Virus record (IMG/VR): IMGVR_UViG_3300012347_000364
Coordinates: 25,019-89,018 of that record
Strand: one strand, 5' to 3'
Source: a virus
Taxonomy: Duplodnaviria; Heunggongvirae; Uroviricota; Caudoviricetes
DNA length: 64,000 nucleotides
The notes beneath the pieces are model-generated. The model saw nothing but the letters and a program-made list of their open reading frames with translations. It was not told the origin of the DNA and did no database searches. Positions 1-9,176 of the stretch are shown one piece after another. How positions within the stretch are numbered: position 1 is the first letter of the stretch; each line of letters opens with the position of its first letter. The position numbers and the translations under genes are program-made.

Positions 1-479
1 ACTGGAACGTGCGTGGCTTAAATTTTAGCCAGTACCATGCATTCTTTGCTACAATCTATGAATTGCATTATGGTGCAGTGGATCCAACAGCTGAAGAAAT
101 CCGTGCATTGGGCGCACCAGCTCCTGGCGGCTTAGGCATCTATAAAGAAAAGTCTCGCGTCACAGATACTGCTGGTACATTAGATGTTCCGCAGATGATC
201 TCAGCATTATACTATGATAATCAAACAATCATCGACATTCTCAATGAAGTACATGACCTTGCTCAATCTACAAAGCAACATGGCTTACTGAACTTTATCG
301 AGGGCCGTTTGGATGAGCACAAAAAGTATGCGTGGCAGTTGAGTGCTAGCATGGGCACGAACGTTGCATCAACAACCATCAAAGAAGAAGAGCAGGTCGA
401 AGACGTTGCTGAACCCATCGCTGAGGTTGAACCAATCACAGAAGAAGTCCGCACATACAGACTAATTCCAAACAAATAA
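1..479 (+). CDS. Dps/ferritin-like protein, 5' end outside the window (first in-window start is GTG at 9)
   Basis: ORF is open to the window edge. C-terminal ...LNFIEGRLDEHKKYAWQL resembles the Dps family C-terminal helix (..EEHEKHAWML..); acidic tail. Confidence 0.3.
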   Translation, partial: WNVRGLNFSQYHAFFATIYELHYGAVDPTAEEIRALGAPAPGGLGIYKEKSRVTDTAGTLDVPQMISALYYDNQTIIDILNEVHDLAQSTKQHGLLNFIEGRLDEHKKYAWQLSASMGTNVASTTIKEEEQVEDVAEPIAEVEPITEEVRTYRLIPNK

Positions 480-512
480 ATAGCAGAATAACAACAATTA
501 ACAGGACCCCCA

Positions 513-2054
513 ATGAACAATTTCAATTTACCAAAAGGCCTTGTAGACTCAGTAACAGCGATGATGAAGTCTGGCAAGATGCACGATGCTCCTCTACAAG
601 AGAAGATTATCAAAGACAACATGAACGCAGTTAAAGCGCCAAGCGCTTTTGATACTGCATATGCATCAGTTGTTGCAGAAGAACGTCGCAAAGAAGTAGA
701 ACGTAAAGAGCAATTCGCTCAAGGTGCAGTTGCAGCTCATCTACGTATGGGTAAGACGATTGCAGAATCTATTGCTACGCCAGAAGCGGTCGTAGAGGCA
801 AAACAGTATATCATCACAGAGTCGATGCTTGAAGGCTTAGTAAGCCGTATGCATTCTCTCGGCCTTACTAAGCGTATGGCTCCGATGACAGAACAAAAAG
901 AATTGGTTAGCCAATTAACTCGCGCATTCTTTGTATCGTTTGATGAGATTGTTTCTCAAAACGTTTCTGAAGAATTGCTACAGAACGAACAAATTGCTCA
1001 AGCTATCGACGAAGTTCGTGCAGAGATTCGCTTGTCTTTAGTGAATGCAATCAACGTTGCTAACGCAATGCGTACCGTCGACGAAGCATCTAAGATCCTT
1101 GCAATCGTTGCTAAGCATGATGTTTTGGAAGCTAAACACTCATCCAGCTGTTCGTGCAAGAGCTGCATGAACGAAAAGAAGAGCAACCCCGACACAGATC
1201 CATACGACAAGGGCAACCTAAAGAGCCGCAAGGAAAAGGGTCAAGGCGATGCTATGGACGAAGCTAAGCTAGATCCAGTCGGCAAAGAAGATGCTGATGT
1301 AAACAACGATGGTAAGACAGACAAGACAGATTCGTTCTTGAAGAACCGCCGTAAGACCATCTCTGCTAACATTAAAGAAGAAGCAGTTGAAGAAGGTGTA
1401 ATGACCAAGGTCAAGTCTTTCGCTAAGAAGGCGATTGAAAAGATGGGCCACGGTTCCGACGAAGACCTGTTGAAGGATCTACAGAAGAAGGCTGGCGTAC
1501 CACAAACTGGTAAGAAACCAGAGCCTATCAAAGAAGAAGAAAAAGCACGTTCTGCTGGTTCTGTTTTTGATTCAGCTGTTGCTAGATCTTTCAGCAAGAA
1601 GCCAGGCGAAGGCACAGGACATGCTGCTAAGAAAATCTCTACCGGCACTGTATACACTAAGAAGTGGAAGAAAGATGCTGACGAAGCTACTGCAGATAAA
1701 AAAGGCATGATGGAAGCTAAGAAAGACCAGCAACCAGAAGGTCTTTACTCTAGCAAGCGTTTTGAGACTGACGGCCAACGTGTTGCTCGTCTTGCAAAAG
1801 AAAAGATGCAAGCTAAGAAGTCAGCTACAAGCACAGATACTCCTGGCAACAGCTATGCTCACCAATGTGCTGTTCATGTTAAGCACGCTAAGCTAGGTGA
1901 AGGCAAGACATTGTTTAGCCAACACGCTACACCAGACGCAGATGGCAACATCGCATGGTATGATGTGATGTTTGCAGAAAGCATCGAACGTGTTGAAACG
2001 AAGGATCTTGAAATCCTCGTATCTGAATCACACATGAATCACAAGAAGAAGTGA
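513..2054 (+). CDS. hypothetical K/E-rich protein (513 aa), possible virion-associated protein
   Basis: Long ATG ORF with no competing frame; highly charged low-complexity central region; no recognisable catalytic motif. Confidence 0.5.
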   Translation: MNNFNLPKGLVDSVTAMMKSGKMHDAPLQEKIIKDNMNAVKAPSAFDTAYASVVAEERRKEVERKEQFAQGAVAAHLRMGKTIAESIATPEAVVEAKQYIITESMLEGLVSRMHSLGLTKRMAPMTEQKELVSQLTRAFFVSFDEIVSQNVSEELLQNEQIAQAIDEVRAEIRLSLVNAINVANAMRTVDEASKILAIVAKHDVLEAKHSSSCSCKSCMNEKKSNPDTDPYDKGNLKSRKEKGQGDAMDEAKLDPVGKEDADVNNDGKTDKTDSFLKNRRKTISANIKEEAVEEGVMTKVKSFAKKAIEKMGHGSDEDLLKDLQKKAGVPQTGKKPEPIKEEEKARSAGSVFDSAVARSFSKKPGEGTGHAAKKISTGTVYTKKWKKDADEATADKKGMMEAKKDQQPEGLYSSKRFETDGQRVARLAKEKMQAKKSATSTDTPGNSYAHQCAVHVKHAKLGEGKTLFSQHATPDADGNIAWYDVMFAESIERVETKDLEILVSESHMNHKKK

Positions 2055-2058
2055 TACT

Positions 2059-3627
2059 ATGAACAAGAAGTTACAAGATTATATTCGCCGGTCCTCCGGC
2101 GAAGTAACTCACCTACAGAACGTTGCTAATAGAACTGGGATGACAGATAATATCAAACGTCTCATTGCTAAACGCAACAAAGGCCAAGAAGCCGCTTCGA
2201 AGCGATTGACTGGTGAAGCGCGAGAAGCTACCTACGGTGCTGATTATAATCTAGCTGTACAAAACTTGAAGGCTAAGGCTAAGAAGAATCCTGTCGATTT
2301 TAAGTCGCTCGCAGCTCGTATGCAAGCAGCATATGCTAGAGAAGATGCAAAGAAGAAGCAAGATGCCCAGGGCCTGAAGGAAGATGTTTCCGACACAATC
2401 ACTGATAATGACGATCGCCGTAAATATAACGCATTGCGTTCGATGCAGTCTGACCGTCTCGCTAAGGCGAAGAAGTCGAAGGACTTAGTTCGCTCTGGAC
2501 ATGAGCAGATGGCACAACAACACGGCGACGAGGCTGAAACAATTCTCGACAAATACCGTAAAGAGAGCACTGATATATGTAAAGTGTGTGGTCAAACACC
2601 ATGCAATTGTACGTCGATTAGTGAAACTGCAGCTTGGAGCCGTAAGGAAGGAAAGAATCCTTCCGGCGGTCTCAATCGCAAGGGTATTGAATCGTACCGC
2701 CGCGAGAATCCAGGCTCAAAGCTTTCCATGGCAGTAACGACTCCTCCTTCTAAATTAGATCCGGATAGCAAGGCAGCTAAGCGTCGTAAGTCTTTCTGTG
2801 CTCGTATGGGTGGTATGGAAGGTGCTATGAAGAAGCCTAATGGCGAACCGACACGTAAAGCACTAGCACTCAAGAAGTGGAATTGCAATGAGGAAGTGGT
2901 CGAAGAAGGTAGTAATGGTCTTTGGGACAACATTCACGCTAAACGAGAACGAATTAAGAACGGGTCAGGTGAAAAGATGCGTAAACCAGGAAGCAAAGGT
3001 GCACCAACAGCAACAGCACTAAAAATGTCTGCTGAGTCTAATGAGCATGTTGTTCATAGCACATTGGATACTATTAAGCGTACTCTTGAATCGAAATTAG
3101 TAGAAGGTGCAAATGTGCGCGCTGGTAATCCAAAGGCATATAGCAACGACTACAATTTCTCTAGAACAGGATTTAGTAAGACGCGTCATCCAGATGGCGG
3201 TGCAAACGATGAAGGTCATCCAGAAGAGAAGCCAAAGTTCAAATCGTTGATGGATCGTCCTCATACTGTTCATATTGACGGGAAGCCTTGGAAAACGTTC
3301 AACAACGGCCACCAAGCTAATGCAGCTGCAAACACATTAAACGCCAAAGGCAAAAAAGCAGTTGCGATTGCTAACTTTAAAGAAATGAAAGAAGACACAG
3401 ACATGGATAACAAAACACACCCAGACGCAATCCACGTGAAGCCAGTTAAAGTAGACGGCCAAACAAAATATCACGTACATGCAGTTGGTGCCAACTTCTC
3501 ACATGGCATTAAAAAGGGCGAACACCTTACCGATACAGAGCTAGATGACTTTGCTGAAATGGGTGGTAAGATCAAGCATCTCAAAGAGCAAAAGCTAGCC
3601 GATATCCTTAGTAAACTAAAGGTCTAA
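2059..3627 (+). CDS. hypothetical basic protein (522 aa) with a CxxC...CxC cluster
   Basis: ATG 4 nt after the upstream stop; long ORF; CKVCGQTPCNC motif; Lys/Arg-rich. Confidence 0.5.
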   Translation: MNKKLQDYIRRSSGEVTHLQNVANRTGMTDNIKRLIAKRNKGQEAASKRLTGEAREATYGADYNLAVQNLKAKAKKNPVDFKSLAARMQAAYAREDAKKKQDAQGLKEDVSDTITDNDDRRKYNALRSMQSDRLAKAKKSKDLVRSGHEQMAQQHGDEAETILDKYRKESTDICKVCGQTPCNCTSISETAAWSRKEGKNPSGGLNRKGIESYRRENPGSKLSMAVTTPPSKLDPDSKAAKRRKSFCARMGGMEGAMKKPNGEPTRKALALKKWNCNEEVVEEGSNGLWDNIHAKRERIKNGSGEKMRKPGSKGAPTATALKMSAESNEHVVHSTLDTIKRTLESKLVEGANVRAGNPKAYSNDYNFSRTGFSKTRHPDGGANDEGHPEEKPKFKSLMDRPHTVHIDGKPWKTFNNGHQANAAANTLNAKGKKAVAIANFKEMKEDTDMDNKTHPDAIHVKPVKVDGQTKYHVHAVGANFSHGIKKGEHLTDTELDDFAEMGGKIKHLKEQKLADILSKLKV

Positions 3628-3628
3628 T

Positions 3629-3844
3629 ATGGCAATCACAGCTGGCAAAGTAGTAGTTAGCGACAAAGTAGTCGATAAAAAACAATTGATGCAGAATAGA
3701 AACATTTCTCTCGTAGACAAGTTCTCGAGAGAAACGGCTACGCCTATTAAGACTACATCTGCTAAGATTTCGGTAATAGAAAATGGGGTACAAAAGGAAG
3801 TTTACAAAACATCTAAATACCTCGAAGATTTAACAAAAAAGTAA
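3629..3844 (+). CDS. hypothetical protein (71 aa)
   Basis: ATG 2 nt after the upstream stop; same-strand tiling. Confidence 0.4.
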   Translation: MAITAGKVVVSDKVVDKKQLMQNRNISLVDKFSRETATPIKTTSAKISVIENGVQKEVYKTSKYLEDLTKK

Positions 3845-3860
3845 AAAAGGGGATTTAAAA

Positions 3861-4694
3861 ATGCCATTATGGGGAAAAACAGATAACGCTGCTAACAGCG
3901 TATTATCCGCAGTTAATCAATTCGGTGTTACTGCAAACAGCGACAACCAAACAGCCTTCTTCGGAAACACATCTGCTTGGGCTGCTGGTAACAAACTAGT
4001 TGCTGGTCAGTTCGGCGTAAGTGCTGCTGAGGGAAATGTAGGATCTGGTAACGTTGCTATTGGACGCATCACAAGCGGAGGTTCTGGATATACTGCTAAC
4101 GCTACTGTCACTATTACAGCAACTAATGGTGGTACTGGCGCAGTTGCTAACGGCAACGTAGCTGTTGGTCGTGTTGGTACATTCAACATTTCAACTGCTG
4201 GTTCTGGATACAAGACTGCACCTACAATTGCTTTCTCTGCACCAACAGCTATTGTATTCAACGGTAATACAGCTGTATCTGCGAACGCAATTGCACTCAC
4301 ATCTGCTAATACTAAGTTCTTAGTTGGTGATAAGCTCACGTATGCTGGTAATACGACATCTACTCCAGTTGGATTGACAGATAACACTCAGTACTTCGTT
4401 TCTTTTGCTAACACAACAGTAATTAAGTTGGCCGCTACTCTTGGTGGTGCTAACCTTACTATCTCTTCTGCTTCTGGTGATAATACAACAGCTGGTGGCG
4501 CAACACTTACTGGTGAAACAGCTACCGGTTACGTTGAAATTGGTGGTGGCGAGAACAAAGGCGCTACTGCTGGTTGGAACGTACGTACTGTTGGTACAGG
4601 TGGCCGTGCTGGTCGTACTCAGTATGAGTGCTTGGTTGCTATGCGCAATATCACAAGCGACGCATCTGACGATTCCATCTTACCAGACGCCTAA
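3861..4694 (+). CDS. Gly/Thr/Ala/Asn-rich repeat protein, fibre or structural-like
   Basis: RBS-like AAAAGGGGA upstream; internal duplicated segment GSGYTANATVTITATNGGTGA / GSGYKTAPTIAFSAPTA; beta-rich low-complexity typical of fibres or decoration proteins. Confidence 0.5.
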   Translation: MPLWGKTDNAANSVLSAVNQFGVTANSDNQTAFFGNTSAWAAGNKLVAGQFGVSAAEGNVGSGNVAIGRITSGGSGYTANATVTITATNGGTGAVANGNVAVGRVGTFNISTAGSGYKTAPTIAFSAPTAIVFNGNTAVSANAIALTSANTKFLVGDKLTYAGNTTSTPVGLTDNTQYFVSFANTTVIKLAATLGGANLTISSASGDNTTAGGATLTGETATGYVEIGGGENKGATAGWNVRTVGTGGRAGRTQYECLVAMRNITSDASDDSILPDA

Positions 4695-4700
4695 TAGCAT

Positions 4701-5030
4701 ATGGCAGATCGCGCAAAAAAGATCTCAGAACTTGCCGTTCTGACTGCGCCTATCGCAGGCGATCTGCTCGTTATTGTGGACGACCCAACAGGCACTCCCA
4801 TAACGAAGCAGATCACTGTCGGCAATTTGCTAGGTAATGCAGCTGCTAACGTTGTGGTTAGCAACACTCATTACCTATCTGCTAACAATGTAGTTGTTCG
4901 TAGAAAATATACACCAGGCTCTAGCTCGGGAACGACTGATGTGCAAGGCAGTATATGGTTCGATGACAACTACATCTACGTTGCAATTGGCCCTGGCGTT
5001 ATCAAGAGAGCCGCACTAAGCACATTCTAA
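4701..5030 (+). CDS. hypothetical protein (109 aa)
   Basis: Tiled ORF; possible small structural protein. Confidence 0.45.
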   Translation: MADRAKKISELAVLTAPIAGDLLVIVDDPTGTPITKQITVGNLLGNAAANVVVSNTHYLSANNVVVRRKYTPGSSSGTTDVQGSIWFDDNYIYVAIGPGVIKRAALSTF

Positions 5031-5031
5031 T

Positions 5032-5430
5032 ATGATTGATCAAGTGGACGAATCGAATTTTTTATTATACGCAGCGAAGCATTATGAGAATCCACACTGT
5101 TATGATACAGTGGAATTCTATGAAGATCTGAATCGATTCAAGTATATTAAGCGTTTGTTTAATAAGTATGAAGAAACGGGTGATATTAAAGATCGATTAG
5201 TCGTTAATCACTTGACGATCGTATATAATGTTTTTGGAGTAGAGGCTGGTACCAGGTTGTTGTTCTTAAAATTAAGAGATCATCTGCACCTAATCAAGCC
5301 TTTCTTGGAACTAATGGGGACGCTGCCAACGGTGGTGCAAAAAATAGGGATAGAAGGTAAAGACATATTCACAGATGATATTAAATCAGATGCTGGTGTT
5401 GTCGAAGCCTTAAAGAAAATAGATGTCTAA
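5032..5430 (+). CDS. hypothetical protein (132 aa)
   Basis: ATG 2 nt after the upstream stop. Confidence 0.45.
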   Translation: MIDQVDESNFLLYAAKHYENPHCYDTVEFYEDLNRFKYIKRLFNKYEETGDIKDRLVVNHLTIVYNVFGVEAGTRLLFLKLRDHLHLIKPFLELMGTLPTVVQKIGIEGKDIFTDDIKSDAGVVEALKKIDV

Positions 5431-5938
5431 AATAACTGACGCATATCTTGTATACAATCTTGTTAAGAGGCTGATTACGCCTTTTGATAAGTGGCCAGCG
5501 TTTACTCTTGGTATCATTGATGCTAAGGGTAAGGTGTTGAAAGATCGTCAATCGCTAACCGCTAAAGAACAAGACTCTTGGGGTTATTTTGACATTGCTG
5601 TTGCTAACTTAAAAAAGATTCTAGCAAAAGTCCCTGGCGGTAGCTCGAGGCTTGCAAGTTTTGCAGCAGCTGCGTTCTTGTTTAAAGAACATAAAAAATA
5701 TGATATCGATCAGTTAGATCAACTGACTGAAGCATACGTGAAAAAGATTAATGAAGACGGTGAGGGTGGCATACCTACAAATAACGCCGGCAGTGGCCAA
5801 ATTGCTGCAGTCGGTGTGACTCCTCCCGGATATCCTAAAAACTGGGGTGAACCACCTAAGGGTAAAGCCAAACTCAAGTCATTTAAAGATGTACTGAGAC
5901 GAAAGGCACCTAATGTGGATTCTAAATTACCTACCTAA
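5423..5938 (+). CDS. hypothetical protein (171 aa)
   Basis: Overlaps the upstream gene by 8 nt; Gly/Pro-rich C-terminus. Confidence 0.45.
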   Translation: MSKITDAYLVYNLVKRLITPFDKWPAFTLGIIDAKGKVLKDRQSLTAKEQDSWGYFDIAVANLKKILAKVPGGSSRLASFAAAAFLFKEHKKYDIDQLDQLTEAYVKKINEDGEGGIPTNNAGSGQIAAVGVTPPGYPKNWGEPPKGKAKLKSFKDVLRRKAPNVDSKLPT

Positions 5939-6341
5939 CTGGATATTCCATCTAGTTGTATTTCTCGGCGTAGTAGCAATCGTAGCTGCATATTTAATAC
6001 GCCACATTCCGTTTACACGAGTATATGCGCTCCCGCTTAACATCGGTGGCGCTATTGCTATATGCGTTGGCCTTTGGGTTGAAGGTTCGTTGTATACTGA
6101 AAGCGTTTGGCAAGAGCGTGTAAAAGAGCTTGAGGCTAAGTTGGCTGTTGCTGAACAACAATCCAAAGAAGCTAATGATAAAATCGTCAGCCTAATTGCC
6201 GCTAAAGATCAAGCAATCAAAGCCCGCAACGAAACACTGCTGCAGTATGTTGAGGTTGAAGTCACGAAATATGACAACCAATGCAAGATACCAGAAGAGT
6301 TTATTTTTGTCATTAACAAAGCAGCGGAGCCACTACAATGA
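5913..6341 (+). CDS. putative i-spanin (Rz-like): N-terminal TM segments plus a periplasmic coiled coil
   Basis: Hydrophobic N-terminus (HLVVFLGVVAIVAAYLI..), coiled-coil ELEAKLAVAEQQSKEANDKIV; immediately upstream of the lipoprotein, endolysin and holin genes. Confidence 0.5.
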   Translation: MWILNYLPNWIFHLVVFLGVVAIVAAYLIRHIPFTRVYALPLNIGGAIAICVGLWVEGSLYTESVWQERVKELEAKLAVAEQQSKEANDKIVSLIAAKDQAIKARNETLLQYVEVEVTKYDNQCKIPEEFIFVINKAAEPLQ

Positions 6342-6604
6342 GATTAGCGACTATATTAATTGCGGTCTTCCTTTCAGGATGTTCGACCGTAGTACCAGTA
6401 AAACAAAAATTCCCACAAGTGCCAGAGACTCTTATGAAGTCCTGCCCACCTTTGGAAAAGCTTAAAGATGAAGCACTATTGAGTGATGTCGCCAAAAGCG
6501 TCACTTTAAATTATTCGACTTATCATGGATGTGCCGTGAAAAATGATGCATGGATTGAATGGTATCAACTTCAGAAAAACATACATGAGGAAGCGAACAA
6601 ATGA
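6338..6604 (+). CDS. putative o-spanin (Rz1-like outer-membrane lipoprotein)
   Basis: Signal peptide with lipobox MRLATILIAVFLSG|C; 4-nt overlap with the i-spanin and with the endolysin. Confidence 0.55.
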   Translation: MRLATILIAVFLSGCSTVVPVKQKFPQVPETLMKSCPPLEKLKDEALLSDVAKSVTLNYSTYHGCAVKNDAWIEWYQLQKNIHEEANK

Positions 6605-7212
6605 TTACATTACAGCAACTAAAGCAATTGTTGCCTAAGAACCCATATGTCGAACATTGGCATGAGGCTCTAGAGCAATTATTGCCGGATTACGACATTA
6701 ACACCCCACAACGCATCGCTGCATTCGTTGCACAATGTGCACATGAGTCCGGAGGGTTTACTGCGCTTAAAGAGAATTTAAACTATAGAGCAGTTACTTT
6801 GCGAAAGATTTTCCCAAAGTATTTCCCCGACGATGCAATTGCAGCTGCATTTGCTGGTAAGCAAGAGATGATTGCTAACCGCGTTTATGCAAATCGTATG
6901 GGCAACGGCGACGAGCACTCTGGCGACGGCTTCCGTTATTGCGGCCGCGGCCTTATTCAGCTAACTGGTAAGAATAACTACCAAGCATTCGCTGACAGTC
7001 TAGAAATGGCAGTCGAGGATGTTCCTGCATACCTAGCAACGTTTGAGGGCGCTGCTCAATCAGCATGCTGGTTCTGGGAAGCAAATAACTTGAATCGTTT
7101 TGCTGATGCAGGCGATATCAAAGGATTAACAAAAGCAATCAACGGTGGATATATCGGTCTTGAAGATCGTATCAGTCATTATGAACATGCATTACACGTA
7201 TTAGGAGCATAA
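6601..7212 (+). CDS. endolysin, glycoside hydrolase family 19 (chitinase-like)
   Basis: Motifs CAHESGGF and GRGLIQLTGKNNYQAF match the GH19 catalytic region (GRGPIQLTWNYNY). Confidence 0.7.
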   Translation: MITLQQLKQLLPKNPYVEHWHEALEQLLPDYDINTPQRIAAFVAQCAHESGGFTALKENLNYRAVTLRKIFPKYFPDDAIAAAFAGKQEMIANRVYANRMGNGDEHSGDGFRYCGRGLIQLTGKNNYQAFADSLEMAVEDVPAYLATFEGAAQSACWFWEANNLNRFADAGDIKGLTKAINGGYIGLEDRISHYEHALHVLGA

Positions 7213-7213
7213 C

Positions 7214-7702
7214 ATGGCTGAAGAAGTACAAGAAGTAGCAGTTAAAAAAGAAGAAGATTGGATGACGAAGAAGTGGCGTCCTATGATGGCTATCATGTAT
7301 ATGATTTGCTGTCTATGCGACTTTGCATTATTCCCAATCATGTTTACAATCGTTCAGTTCTGGGAAGTACAAGCTGCTAATGATGCATTCCGTCAGTGGG
7401 TACCGATTACATTGCAAGGCGGTGGTTTATTCCACGTAGCAATGGGTGCTGTGCTTGGTGTGTCTGCATATGGCCGTACACAAGAAAAACTTGGTGGCGC
7501 AACAACACAAACAGTTGCGACGCCAGTACTATCTACTGCAACTCCAGTAGTGCCAGCAGCCGCAATTTCTGCGCCAGTTACAGCATCTCCTGCTCCAGTT
7601 GCGCCGGTGGTTGTTGCGAATACAGCTCCACTAAATACTACACCAGAAGTAGGCTTCGGTGGGAAGAAAGCTCCTCCTGCTGCACCAGAACCTTTAATCT
7701 AA
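7214..7702 (+). CDS. putative holin / lysis membrane protein
   Basis: Two TM helices after a charged N-terminus, Pro/Ala/Thr-rich tail; follows the endolysin. Confidence 0.4.
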   Translation: MAEEVQEVAVKKEEDWMTKKWRPMMAIMYMICCLCDFALFPIMFTIVQFWEVQAANDAFRQWVPITLQGGGLFHVAMGAVLGVSAYGRTQEKLGGATTQTVATPVLSTATPVVPAAAISAPVTASPAPVAPVVVANTAPLNTTPEVGFGGKKAPPAAPEPLI

Positions 7703-7712
7703 GGAATCAAAA

Positions 7713-7889
7713 ATGAAACTATTAGCAACACTATTCGTTGCTCTAGGTTTGCTGGCTTCACAGCCAGCATTCGCTGGAGGCGAAGTAAAAGAAAAATGCA
7801 CTAAGAACGAAAAGACTGGTAAAGAAGTCTGCAAGAAAATTAAAGTGCATAAGAAGCTAGAAGGCAAAGAAATCCCTACCAAAAAGTAA
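7713..7889 (+). CDS. small secreted Lys-rich peptide (58 aa; not in the ORF track)
   Basis: AGGAATCAAAAATG RBS; signal peptide MKLLATLFVALGLLASQPAFA then a 37-aa mature peptide with two Cys and many Lys. Confidence 0.4.
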   Translation: MKLLATLFVALGLLASQPAFAGGEVKEKCTKNEKTGKEVCKKIKVHKKLEGKEIPTKK

Positions 7890-7896
7890 GGCAAAC

Positions 7897-8259
7897 ATGG
7901 TCGATAACGTAATACGAATCCGTGAAGGTAGCGATGTCAAAACACGAGTCACTGTTTTAGAGACTCAGATGCTTGGCGTCGCACATAATATGGAAAAGTT
8001 AGAAACGAAGGTTGAAGGACAATATGTCAACCTTCATGCCCGTATATCAGATATGCGCGATGACCTACGTAATGAGATCGACAACAAACACACTCTTATG
8101 ATGGAAAAGCTTGACCAGCATATGACCACTGAAGAGCAACATCATAAGAGTGTACAAGATAAGATCAGCACGATTGAAAAATGGCGCTGGATGATTATGG
8201 GCGGAGCAATCGTCATAGGTTACGTGCTCGCTCACTTGAAATTAGAGAAGTTCTTTTGA
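7897..8259 (+). CDS. tail-anchored coiled-coil membrane protein (120 aa)
   Basis: Coiled-coil N-terminal part, single C-terminal TM WRWMIMGGAIVIGYVLAHL; adjacent to the lysis cassette. Confidence 0.4.
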   Translation: MVDNVIRIREGSDVKTRVTVLETQMLGVAHNMEKLETKVEGQYVNLHARISDMRDDLRNEIDNKHTLMMEKLDQHMTTEEQHHKSVQDKISTIEKWRWMIMGGAIVIGYVLAHLKLEKFF

Positions 8260-8342
8260 GGGTTCCACGACGGCCGCGGACAATACAATAGATTTAATTA
8301 TTAATCAGAAGGCTAGCTTCGAAGTCATCTTTACTATTAAAG

Positions 8343-9101
8343 ATGGCGTCACTAAATTACTACTATTATAATATGCAAATATCAGGTATCACCCTCTCAG
8401 GCGTTAATATTAACGGTTCAGCAGGTGCTAGCATCGTAACTTCTGGATTACAGTTTAATTTATTGTCTGCTCCTTCATCTGGCTCAACATGGAATGATGT
8501 GTCAGGTAATGGTCGCAACGCAACATTGCAGGGTACGCCCACATACGTCTCAAATAACGGTGGCGGTATAAGGATGAATAATGCTGTATACACAGGCACA
8601 GATTACATCAGCGTACCATACAACATATCGACCAATACCGCTACTATTGAGATTGTTGCATCGTTCAACCCAACATCCAACTGGGCTACGATTTGGGGTA
8701 ATGAGAGTTATTCAGCAGGTCGTGGTTATTTGGCTTACATGGCAAACTCCACATCTATAACATATGGAAAATCTTCAGGTCCTGCTAGTGCGGCAGTGAC
8801 TGCAAGCAATTCTATAAGACATTGGACTTTCATTATCAATGGCACAAGCCACAGCTTATATTTGAACGGTTCGCAAGTAGGAACGACTGCTACTGTTGCC
8901 AATCAAACGCTCTTCGCAACTAGCGAATTCTTATTCGGTGCAAGACACACAAATGGCGGAACAGGTGCTACTGATAAGATGAACAACTCAAACGCTGCGC
9001 TTTATCCAGTATTCTATCAGATGCGTGTATACGATAGAGCGTTGTCTGGATCAGAAGTCACGCAAAACTACAACGCTATTAAATCGACATACGGTATTTA
9101 A
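8343..9101 (+). CDS. concanavalin A-like / laminin-G (LamG) jelly-roll domain protein
   Basis: ..HSLYLNGSQVGT.. and an overall beta-rich pattern typical of LamG/ConA-like lectin folds; possible structural or adhesin protein. Confidence 0.4.
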   Translation: MASLNYYYYNMQISGITLSGVNINGSAGASIVTSGLQFNLLSAPSSGSTWNDVSGNGRNATLQGTPTYVSNNGGGIRMNNAVYTGTDYISVPYNISTNTATIEIVASFNPTSNWATIWGNESYSAGRGYLAYMANSTSITYGKSSGPASAAVTASNSIRHWTFIINGTSHSLYLNGSQVGTTATVANQTLFATSEFLFGARHTNGGTGATDKMNNSNAALYPVFYQMRVYDRALSGSEVTQNYNAIKSTYGI

Positions 9102-9120
9102 AGGCGTGACCGCGCGCCTG

Positions 9121-9149
9121 TTGACATGATCCCACGAACCGCCTATAGT
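9121..9149 (+). promoter_or_regulatory. sigma70-type promoter TTGACA-17-TATAGT
   Basis: Exact -35 TTGACA (9121-9126), 17-nt spacer, -10 TATAGT (9144-9149), 27 nt upstream of the primase ATG. Confidence 0.55.
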
Positions 9150-9176
9150 CGACTTGTTCGTTGATAGGAATATATT

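Noticed and set aside
263-691. Minus-strand ORFs overlapping + strand genes (for example 263-691, 1241-1708, 4007-4387, 9638-10063, 17994-18416, 46852-47487, 44952-45452)
   Set aside because: Each lies antisense to a long, motif-supported + strand gene in a genome whose genes are otherwise tightly tiled on one strand; they are shadow ORFs with low-complexity translations.
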